A stretch of 64,000 nucleotides of DNA, from the NCBI RefSeq assembly GCF_009834535.1, contig NC_045697.1, positions 34,660,001-34,724,000 of the forward strand, read 5' to 3'. The notes beneath the pieces are model-generated. The model saw nothing but the letters and a program-made list of their open reading frames with translations. It did not search any database and was not told where the DNA came from. Below, piece by piece: positions 52,278 to 64,000 of this stretch. The position numbers were made by a program, and so were the translations under genes. Every line of letters starts with the position of its first letter. Position 1 is the first letter of the stretch. The stretch comes from Camelus ferus (lineage: Eukaryota).

Positions 52278-53479
52278 CTGGAAAACAACAATTACAACGA
52301 TATATTTGTTACAAAGCTGCACAAAGAAAATAGAAAAAATGTAAGTTCGGTTTATATTAAATTTAGTTCAACCCAGTCAACATCTGCAGAGGTGTATCTT
52401 TATAAATTTTTTTTACCCCTATGAAAATGTCTTCAACATGTATTTGAAAAAATGGGTAGAAAGACAGGTCAAAACTCATATGTGCAAAAAGGCATTATTA
52501 CGTAATCTTTGCCAACTGTTACACGTACATGAGGACTAACAGAAGGTCAACCAGCTTCTTGCCCCCCCCATTTCTATTCTTATTAAACTATCTGATTTTC
52601 TTATTGATAGTGACAACTTCTCAAAGTCCTTCATCCAGGTTCTTACTAAGCAAGCTTAGTAACACACAACCATCAAAGTGAAGAGTGAACAATCTTTTAC
52701 CCAGTGACCTTGCTCAGTGACTGGTCTTCCCAATCTCAGACAGTCAAAAGAACAGCCATGTGTAACATGGTTTCCTTTGTCATTTGTAATGTTTCCAGTA
52801 TATTATAACATGATATACTAAATTGGTCAAATACAATTCTGGATTATTTATATTTTCTTGCCCATTCTTTAAGGTTATAAGGGTCAAAAAAAGTAGTTTG
52901 GAACAAGACATGATAATACTTTTAATGACATTACCTATGGACTAAGAATGTATTTTTCTTCCTGATGCTTCAGAATTTTATTCTCTGTATGTGGCAAATT
53001 GCATTTATATGAGGTTACTTACGGCTGAGTGCATTTTAAGAGTCTTTTCTAAAGTGAGAATTAACACCCATTCCCTGGATTACTTCCATCTTCCTATAAA
53101 GACACCCCATAATGCCTTTACTTGATGGTCACCAGGATTCTTCACCCAGGAGATAGAAGTATCAAAATCTTCCCTTAAGGGATGACGAAAACCTACCATA
53201 ATGATGTCAGTATCACAGACACAAACATATCAAAACTGCTTTCACCTAGATGTGGTATGTGCAGACAGGTGTAATCTGTTATAACTATGTAGACAATTTC
53301 CATCAGTTTTAAAACTTTTAAAAGTGCAAAAGGAAGAAAGTGCTAGTTTACAAGTTTCAACATGACAAAGAGAGTTACTGTTATAACAATGATTAATGTT
53401 TTATATATATATGTCACATCTTCTATTTTACAAAGTCCTTTGTCCCAATCATAAATGTGATCATTAAAAGTCTTGTGAA

Positions 53480-56150
53480 GGAAAAGCTCAGGACCAGATG
53501 GCTTCACTGGTGAATTCTACCAAACATTTAAAGAAGAATTAACATCAAACCTGAGTTCTCAAACTCTTTCAAAAAATTTTAAGAAGTATATACTTCCAAC
53601 CTCTTTTCACAAGATCAAAGTTACCCTAACACCAATGCAAGATAAGGACATTAACAAGAAAAGAAAATTAAATATCCCTGATAAACACATATGCAAAAAT
53701 CCTCAACAAAATATTAGCAAACAGAATTCAACAGCACATGAAGAGGATCATACACCATGATCCACTGGTATTTATCCCCAGGATATAAAAATGGTTCAAC
53801 ATATGCAAAACAAAATTTGATACACCACACTAATAGAATGAAGGATAAAACATCATATGATCATCTCAGTAGATACAAAAAAAAGGCATTTGACAAAATT
53901 CAACACTCTTTCATGATGAAAAACTCTCAACAAGTTAGTTATAGAAGGAACGCACCTCAACACAGTGAAGATCATGTATGACAAGCCCACAGCTAACAAC
54001 ATATTCAATGGTGAAAAGCTAAAAGCTTTTCCTCCAAGATCAGAAACAAGACAAGAATGCCCACTCTTGTCACTTCTATTCAACACAGTACTGAAAGTCC
54101 TAGCCAAAGCAATTAGATGAGAAAAGAAAGAAAAGAAAAGAAAAGGCATCCAAATTGGAATACAGAAGTAAGACTGTCTCTGTTTGCAGATGACATTATC
54201 TTATACATAGAAAACTCTAAAGAGTCCACTAAAATGCTATTAAAATTAAAAAATTCAGTGAAGTTGCAGGATACAAACATACAAAAATCGGCTGTGTTTC
54301 TATACACTGACAATGAAATAACTGAGAGAAATTAAGAAAGCAAGTGAATTTCAATAGCATCAAAAACATTAACATACATAGGAATAAATTTAACCAAGGA
54401 GGCAAAACATCTGCTCTCTGAAAGCTATCAGACATTGATGAAAGAAACTGAAGACACAAATAAATGGAAAGAGATCCTGTGTTAATGGAGTAGAAGAATT
54501 AATATTGTTAAAAAGTCCAAAAAAAAAAAAAACGCAAAAAAATTGTTTAATTTCATGCTACCTAAAATGCCTAAAATGATATACAGATTAATGCAATTCC
54601 TATCAAAATTCTACCACCATTTTTCACAGAAATATAAAAAACAATCCTAAAATTCATATGGAACTACAGAAGACTCCGAATAGCCAAACAATCCTGGAAA
54701 GGAACAATAAAGCTGGAGGCATCACACTTCCTGATTTTGAACTAAATTACAAAGCTACAGCAGTCAAAACAATATGATACTGGCACAAAAACAGAGACAT
54801 AGGCCAATGAAACAGAATAGAGAGCCCAAAAATAAACGGTCAGCTAATATATGGTCAACTAATCTCTGACACAGGCACCAAGAACACACAATGAGGAAAA
54901 GATAATCTCTTCAATAAATGCTGCTGGGAAATTTGAATATCCATATGCAAAACAGTGAAACTAGATCCTAACCTTACATCATACACAAAATTAACTTGAA
55001 ATTGATTAAAGACTTAAATGGAAGACCTGAAACCATAAAAACTGCCAGAAGAAAACATAAAGAAAAAGCTCTTTCTTGTCTTGGCAATGATTTCTTTGGA
55101 TATGACACCAAAGTACAGTCCACAAAAGCAAAAATTAATAACTTAGGGCTACATAAAACAAAAAGTTTCTTCACAGCAAATGAAACAATTAACAAAATGG
55201 CAAGGCAATCTACAGAATGGGAAAAAATACTGGTAAGCCATATATCTGATAGAGAGTTAATGTCTAAAATTTTTATATTTATACATGCAACAAAATAGTC
55301 AAAAAGCAAAAAATCCGATTTAAAAATGGGCAGAGGGCCTGAATACACATTTTTATCAAAAAGGACATACAAATGGCCAACAGGTACATGAAAAGGGGCT
55401 CAACATCACTGATCATCAGGTAAATGCAGATCAAAACTACAATCAATGAGATTATCACCTCACACCTGTTAGGATGGCTGCCAACAAAAATACAAGATAA
55501 ACACTGGCAAGAAAGAAAAGGTGGAGAAGCAGGAACCCTTGTATATTATTGGTGGCAGTATAAATTGGTGCCATCACTATGAAAAACAGTATGGCGGGTC
55601 CTTAAGAAATTAAAAAGAGCTGCCATATGATCCAGCAATCCCACTTCTGAATTTATCTGAAGGATACATATTTTGTATATATCTGAAGGAAACAAAATTA
55701 GTATCTTATAGAAATATCTGCACTCCCACATGCATAGCAGCATTATTCACAATAGCCAAGATATGGAAACAACCTAAATGCCCATCAATGGGTGAATAAA
55801 TAAAGACAATGTGTTATATATACTATATACAATGGAATATTATTCAACCATAAAAAGAAGGAAATCCCAACAGCTGCAACAACATGGATGAACCTAGGAG
55901 ACATTACACTAAGTGAAATAAGCCAGAAAGAAGATGACAAATACTATATGGTATCATTTATATATGGAGTCTAAAAGGGAAAAAAATGGAACTCACAGAG
56001 AGAGTATACTGGTGGTTGCCAGGGGCTGGGTGTGGGTGGAAATGCAGAGATATTGGTCAAAGGATATGAATTTCAGTTACAAGATACGTTCTGAAGATCT
56101 AAGGTATAGCATGATAACTATAGTTAATAACAGAGTATGTGTACTTTAAC
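53480..56150 (+). mobile_element. L1 fragment of about 2.7 kb (ORF2 RT region to 3' UTR), inactive, antisense in a TEC intron
   Basis: Begins at GPDGFTGEFYQTFKEE; ORF 54117 contains LSLFADDIILYIE (RT catalytic FADD motif); multiple stops and frameshifts. Confidence 0.92.
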
Positions 56151-56667
56151 TGGGACTAATGATTCTACCAACATATTGAAAATAGACACATTTGGGAACA
56201 ATAGGCAGAGAAGAAAAAGAGAAAGGCTGAAGGAGATAGGGAAACAGAGTGAGACAGAGAAAAAATTGAGAAGTGTCTCCATCATAATTAAGAATCAATA
56301 ATAGAAGATTACTTTTTCTGGTATTTTCCAGAGTTATCATGCACCTCTGTCTCTTCCCAGTGATTTGACAGATAAAGAAATGAACCAAAGGATTTCTGTG
56401 ATAGTTTCTGCTTATAGTGTGTGAGATGGAAAAAAGGTTAGGATTTAGTTAAAGGATGAGTCAACTCTTAACTTCCTCAATTATGATCATATGCAAGTCA
56501 TTTCACTTCTCTGATGCTAATTTTCTATAAGACAATGATGGTCAGAAAATCTTTTATGACTAGATTCTCATGGGATTCTTTTGGAGATAAAATATTAATC
56601 ATGGTAACTTACTTGGAAATGGTACCTATGTAGTTATGTATGACTTATGCAGGTGTGTATGTAATTA

Positions 56668-57159
<492 letters not shown>

Positions 57160-57199
57160 TTAACACGAAAAGGGGAACCGGAAAAAACATAGAAACTTA

Positions 57200-57568
<369 letters not shown>

Positions 57569-58092
57569 CTAAGCTGTTACAATGCACACAAAGTGAACTG
57601 AAGGCAAGACGAAGCTGTGTAATAGGCTAATAATAACAAAGCTTGGAAGTCAAAGGTACTTAAAAAAAACCCAAAACTTCCTTTACCTCTCTTCCCCCAT
57701 CAGGTTTCTTTTTCAAGTTGGAAAGAGTTTAACCTGTTTAAAAGGCTTCTACCAGAAGCAACGAAGACCATCAAGTTGGATATCTCTATTAACTCCATCT
57801 TTACTTTCCTCTGAGTGGCCAGTAAGGCCGGTGTGAACCAGGAAAGGCTTTGATTTATTTTAGATGTAACAAGGTAATGCTTATTTTTCACTGACAGTTT
57901 TCTGTCCAATAATGAATAATGATGAAAACAGAAAATCTAGGGTTACGACAGCTATAAATATAATCATCCAACAACCCACACTATAAACTTTAAAATAAGT
58001 TACATTCTGTGGAATTCTACACATCTAAATTGACCTTGTGATAACGGGTTCTTTTGGAGGAGAATTAACCAGGCAACTACAAATGGAGTTAC

Positions 58093-58167
58093 CATAGCTG
58101 AATCCGGCAGTGGTGGGTGCCCTCTTCTCCTTCGCGCTCACTGGGTACCGCAGCCTCGTGACAAGTC
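58093..58167 (-). CDS. TEC: TEC SH2-kinase linker exon ([25 protein letters not shown])
   Basis: tag|GACTTGTC...TATG|gtaact; 75 nt, phase 1->1. Confidence 0.97.
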
Positions 58168-58363
58168 CTAGACGTCAAAGGGAGCATTGCAGTTGAATTC
58201 ACTCTTAATCATTCCTTGGGGAAAAGTGCTAAACTCGAAACTCACTTACAAAGTTCATCCATTTATTCACTTAGTGCTCATTCTCTGTGTGTACATACAG
58301 CACTGTGCTACACGCTAGCAGAAAAATTATCAGAAAAGAAGGCAGGAAGGAAGATGATCCTAC

Positions 58364-58926
58364 TCTTGTCGAAACCAAGTCCATGTGCCTGATGCAAAGT
58401 GAGGCCAAACAAACTGAAACGTCGGAGTTCAGAGCAGAGAAAGGTTTACTGCAGGGCCAAGCAAGGCAAACGGGTAGCTTGTACTCAAAACACTCCCCAG
58501 TGGCTTACATGCAAAGGTTTTTAAAGACAGTGTGAGGGAGAGGGCCACAAGGTGTGTGATTAGCTGGTGGACCTTCTTCTGATTGGCTGGTGGTGAGGTA
58601 ACAGGGTAATATTTTGGGAATCTCAGTCTTCAACCTTCTGACTCCAAACAGCCCAAGTTCTACCTCTTGTGGCCACCATGTAGTCACCATCCTCCACCCG
58701 GGTGGGGAGCTTAGTTCCTGCAGAACAGCTCAAAGATACACATCAGATTGTCATCTGTGTCTCTTCTGGAGTCCTGTGACTCTAATTATTAACTGCTTGA
58801 GCTGTTCTTTGGAACTTAAGGAAGGCCTAGGAGACTAAAGCCTTTTGTTTTTTAATAAACAAGAAACACGGAACGTGGAGGGGCTTTTGTATCCAATAAG
58901 GCCCCACAGAGTCCTGCTTGGTTTTG
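58364..58926 (-). mobile_element. ERV1-type solo LTR in TEC intron (sense to TEC)
   Basis: 4-bp TSD ctac at 58360-58363 and 58927-58930; minus-strand order CCAAT, TTTAAAAA box, AGTAAA. Confidence 0.75.
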
Positions 58927-59699
58927 CTACTCTCTAAGTTAACAATTTCATATTTTTATGAAACACAAAAAATTTTAAAAATATGTATCATTTTATTCAT
59001 TCAACATTGTCTTTAAAAAATATATATGGTGCTTATCAGGCACCAAGCTAGCATACTGTCTTTGCAAACATTTTTAAAGATGTTAAAAGGTTTCCAGCAG
59101 TTATTATCAATTATTACTTCATGTTCTTTTCTAGTATGAGATCTGAATTATGAAATGGCGTTACAGTAGTCTACTAAAAATTAAAGTGATTCACCTGACA
59201 TAGCTCAGTAATCTTAGCATTAAAAACTTGGGCTCTACAATATTAACGACTGGGAATATCAGCTACTGGCTATCATTGAGGTACATCAAATCCTTTAAGT
59301 TAACTTGCTTACAGCACTAAATAAGAAATCCCAGGTACCTCTCCTATAAGCACCCACAGTACTCCGTATTTCCTCTATTACAACGTATCTCATAGTAACT
59401 CCAAGCCATCATGCATTTCTCTGCCTCCCCCACCAGATGGCAAGACCTGGGAGAGACAAGGTCAATACCTTCTAGTTCACCATACTCCCCCTAGAGCCCG
59501 GCACAGCTCCTGGCATGCAGCAGGTGCTTAATCCATGTTTCTTAAATGAATGGAGATAATGGTGAAGCATAAAATTCTTACAAGGACAAAAGAAAGAAAT
59601 AGGGGAATGTGAACACTGAAAAAGAATAGAATAAGAGATAAGGAAAAGGTTATTTGGAGGATAAACTGATATGAAACTAGTTTCTCAAATGTTTAACAC

Positions 59700-60060
59700 A
59701 GAGTTACTATATGATCCGGCAAATCTATTCCAGGTAAGAACTCAAGAGGAATGAAACATGTTTCCATGCAAAAACTTGTACACAAATGTTCATAGCAGCA
59801 TTACTTATGATAGTCAAAATATGGAAACAACCCAAATGGACATAAATGCGGTTTCTGGTTCTGTTCCTGGTGTCTGGTTTTTTTTCCCACTGCTAATGGA
59901 CTGCTAATGGGCTCAAAATTTCTTTGCGGGGGATGCTGAAAATGATCTTAGATTATGGTGATAGTTGGCACAACTCTGTCAATATACTAATTTACAGACA
60001 GCTGAGTTGTGCACATTAAATGGATGAACTTTATGGTGTGTAATTTATGTCTCAGTAATC
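59700..60060 (+). mobile_element. Old L1 3' end fragment
   Basis: gagttactatatgatccggcaa...aaaacttgtacacaaatgttcatagcagcatta. Confidence 0.7.
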
Positions 60061-60455
60061 GTTCTATCATTATCTGAGAAGAGTGAACCAAGTCACAAAT
60101 AGCAACAGACTCTGCAAAAGCCTCTGATAAAATTTCAAAAGTTAATTTCCCATAAATTGGGTTGGACACTCGGCTAACTCCTTCTTGGTTACATCTTTGA
60201 AGTCAAAGGCTAGAAATCTTTCTGTCTCATCCTGTGCAGCCTCAATGGGCGTAAATGTGGTCTGCGGTTTTGATCTCGGTGTTTGGTGTATTCCCACTCT
60301 GGGGTAAGTGGAGCAGAGTTCGGGAAGATGGGAAGCATCTGGGACACGAGTACTCTAGTCTTTTGAAGCCTGTAACATAGACTAAACCTATGCTGCTTGT
60401 TGGCAGCTTCTGTGACAACGCTGACGTTGACATGTACTGGATTTTAGGTTAGTGC

Positions 60456-60951
60456 TGTTAAAGAAGACAAAATACCCAATAAAAGATGATGTGGCAGACT
60501 TTATTTAGGACCACTGTGACAGGTATAGGGACCACTGCAATGGGATTTTAGAGTCGGGGGTGGAGCAGGGAAGATGGGCTCAACTCCAAACACAGCTGTG
60601 GGCAAATGGGAATTTACAGCCACGAAGAAAGGTGGGGATCAGTGGATGGAAAATTACTAAAAGGAACATCAACACGGGGTGGGGGGATGGATTATCTAAA
60701 CCAGCCTATTGAGATTCTTACTGAGGACAAGCCAGGGTGACCAGACTTCATCTGGAGGACAGTGGAAGATGGAGAACCTGACCAGATACTGAGGATGCTC
60801 AGATATCAAGAGCTTGAGGGTAAGGGGTTCTGGTTAAACTGACTTAGCAGGGTTCTTGCTGAAACCATATTTTAAAAGAAAGTGTACAGATGGGCCTAGG
60901 AGATGGTTCAGGGGCTTGACTAAAGTTGGGTCAAGCAAAGAATCTTTGTCG
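60456..60951 (-). mobile_element. MER31-like ERV1 LTR (sense to TEC)
   Basis: Minus strand begins gacaaagattctttgcttgacccaactttagtcaagcccctgaaccatctcctaggcccatctgt, matching the recalled MER31 5' end; AATAAA at 60500-60505. Confidence 0.8.
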
Positions 60952-61207
60952 GTACCAAGGAAATAAACCACAGAAATGCAGCATGTACCACATACAGTAA
61001 GAGTAACTCATGTCTTGAGGTCAGGGCTTTTTTAGAGTTGATATTATTTCTGATTTTTCTTTGTATATATCATTTCCTTAGTATGCAATCATTTTAAATC
61101 ACACTCTACAATTAGCTACAATATAAAACTGCTCAAGGAAGAATTCATCACAACGTCTAATCAATTTTAATTACTCCCTTATATCTGAAATAGGCTTTAA
61201 CGGCTCA

Positions 61208-61417
<210 letters not shown>

Positions 61418-62521
61418 CTACCAGGTAACTGCAGGGTCCCTACATATGGCCCCTTTATTCTCTGCACGAGTTTTGTTTTCCCTTATATTCTTCTTAGGTT
61501 TGCTTTTCACATTAACAGATCCAAGTTTTAAAGTAGTCACTGATTACACACTTGGCTCCCTTGCATGAGACTGTGAGAGAGAACATTTATCACCTCCATT
61601 TGCCAATAGTTAAAAGTCTTAAAATAACTATTAGCTAGCTACTGCTTTTTGTCCCTGCTGTTGGTGTAAACCAGCAAATGTCTAGAGGACTTACACCTCT
61701 AAAAGTAAATAAACTTGACTTATAAAGTATGTACAAATTCTACTTTAGATATCCTTCTAAAACACAGATCTCTTGCTAAAAACCCTTTCAAGAGAACTCC
61801 TGCTGCTCTTAAAATAAAGCTTAGATTCCTTGACATTGAGATGATCTGTCTTCCACTTTTATCTCTCAGGCTTCTCTCCCCTCCCTTCACCACGTCCCTC
61901 CCAGTCTACAGTCCTGCTGAAATACACTTTTGTCAGTTCACCATATCCTCCCTCATTTCTGGGTCCAGGCAGTTTCCTGGAAAGGAAACACGCTTTCCCG
62001 TCCCCTCAACGTTTGCCTGCCTCACCCATCAGGTCTCAGCTTGGATGTCACTAGACAACATTAATGACTAACTCAGCCCCCACCCCACCACACACACAGA
62101 CACATAGGTGCACACAGACACACACACTGCCCTCCCCGCACAGCACCTACTCATATATACCATCACCACCTGTCTGCTACAGAAGCCCCCACTAAGCTGT
62201 TGGAGGGCTGGGTCTGTGTCTACTTTGCTCACTACAGTATCCTTAGTGCCTAGTGTAGCACAATGTAATTGTCTGTTGAATGTTGCTAAAGTTCCTACCG
62301 CTATTCTGAACAAATATATATGGAAAACAACGTGGAAAACTACTAGAGATGAATATAAAAATGTCATAGACTTTAGAAATCAAGTTCAGATTTTATTTTT
62401 TAATGCTGAAATGCAGCTTATTGTTTGAAAATTAGGAATCCATACAAACTATATAGGAACTTCATACAAAAACTCTGAATTTAAAAAAAAAAAAAAGGAG
62501 CGAGAGAGTGGGTTTACTTAC

Positions 62522-62601
62522 CCTCCAAACTTTGTATAAAGGGAGACTGTGTACATGCCTGGATGACTGGAATCCCTTACCATAAAGCCACCTTCTTTAT
62601 C
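62522..62601 (-). CDS. TEC: TEC SH2 exon (DKEGGFMVRDSSHPGMYTVSLYTKFG)
   Basis: tag|GATAAA...GGAGG|gtaagt; 80 nt; FMVRDS motif. Confidence 0.97.
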
Positions 62602-64000
62602 CTAAAATCCAAGTTAAGAAAAAAATTTTCAGTCCAATAGCAAATATCAACGCCATGGAGAAGATTCAAGAACCCACTCTTATGATTTTATGATTATAAT
62701 CCTTTGCCCAGAAAATCTGCTTTGGAGAAGCACACCTTACCAATAGGTAAGTCATCCATGTGACTTTCTCCCATCAACACGACTTTCCCTTCACATTACT
62801 GGGCATGAGATTGGTTAAAGGTAGCACACTCGTAGTTCCCCACCACCACAAACACTCGTGTGAGACATTTCAACAAGATAATCTCTCAAGGCCCTTCCAG
62901 AACTAACAGACAAGATTTTGCAATTCCTTTAAGTCCTCGACATGTGGGGAAATAGTTACTGAAAAACTGTATTTCTTAATGGCTGGGTTTCATTTCATAC
63001 ATTTTTCATATTTGCTGTAGGCTCTGAATCCTGACTCGATAGCATCTTCCATCCATATAGCTTTCTTTCTGTAAATACCTCAGTGCTCTTTACAAGAACG
63101 TCAAAAAAAAATCCTTAATTCCCTGGAAATCAATGTTAAATACCACTCTTTACAAAAGGAGAGATGGAGGCACAGCAACTTCAGCAGAGAAGACCGAAAG
63201 ACAGCAGCAGCAACACTGAATGACCAAAAGATAAATCTTCATTGGGCTGCAAGCCAACGAGCAAGAAACAGGGGCTAGGAACCTCAAGTGCCTCTCCATC
63301 AACACCACACAATCAATCTCTAGCACTGAAATTGCTTTAAAATGAAAGCGTGCTTAACAGACGAAAATAAGCTTCCTTCTTATTCCTGGCGAAGACAATG
63401 GGATCGAATAAAGCCCCACAAATAAATCTGTTAAGAACAATGAGGGACAATGATCATAACAGTTAACTGATCAGAAAAAAATATAACAGCTACACAGATT
63501 TATTGAAACTGAATCCGTTTTATTATGTTCTAATGTGTGGGATTTACTCAACCCTCAAAACTGTCCTATGAGGTCAGTACTAGTGTCATCCCCGCTTTAC
63601 ATTACACATAAGGAAATAGGACACAGAAAGGTTGGGAATTTGCCCCAGGTCAAATGCTAGCAAGTAGCACAGCCAGGATTTGGACCCCAGGCCTTCCAGC
63701 TACCCATTCCCCTGGAGCTGCCTCTCATTGTGCAGTCACCAGGGAGGCACGTGTGTTGGGGGGAGACGGGAGGACCATGTCATTCAAATCAAGCAAAGTC
63801 ACCTGCTACTGCTCTCTTAACATGAACTACAGAAATAAGTGCCCAACCTCGACTCGGGGTAACAAGCAGGAGATTCACAGAGTGAGCATGGGTTTAAAAG
63901 ACCGGGAACTAAACAGAAGAGCTAGATCACAAATGCAGGGAACTGTACACGTCTTCTAATCCAAACTCCTTGTCTCACAGATGTGGAGAGCAGGCTAGAG

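Noticed and set aside
53757..56149. Reverse-transcriptase-like ORFs as an active or novel RT system
   Set aside because: Fragmented L1 ORF2 with stops and frameshifts, no ORF1 or 5' UTR

Overview
Mammalian (eukaryotic) genomic DNA. It is most likely camelid, because it carries at least six copies of a short tRNA-derived SINE resembling the camelid Vic-1 family. The window holds two head-to-tail Tec-family non-receptor tyrosine kinase genes on the minus strand. TEC is represented by its last 9 coding exons (SH2, linker and kinase domain, 62601->47967) plus its 3' UTR. TXK/RLK starts about 4.2 kb after the TEC stop and is represented by coding exons 1-9 (Cys string, proline-rich region, SH3, SH2, linker; 43797->2970); its kinase exons lie off the left edge. 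All 18 exons were read by hand with canonical splice signals and consistent phases, so both genes look intact. The rest is intronic or intergenic DNA rich in L1, L2, MIR, tRNA-SINE, LTR and hAT elements; most ORF-track entries are noise or repeat remnants. I found no convincing new biological system. The best leads are locus-level: an unusual TXK 5' leader (in-frame upstream ATG plus two uORFs) with no early internal Met; a betaretrovirus-like LTR with a PBS remnant between TEC and TXK; a CpG-rich TXK intron-1 element with a perfect CTCF site and an AICE motif; inverted SINEs around an in-frame TXK exon block; and sense-oriented LTRs in TEC introns. Repeat family names and comparisons with human or mouse come from recall, not from a database search; repeat boundaries are approximate unless a TSD is given.
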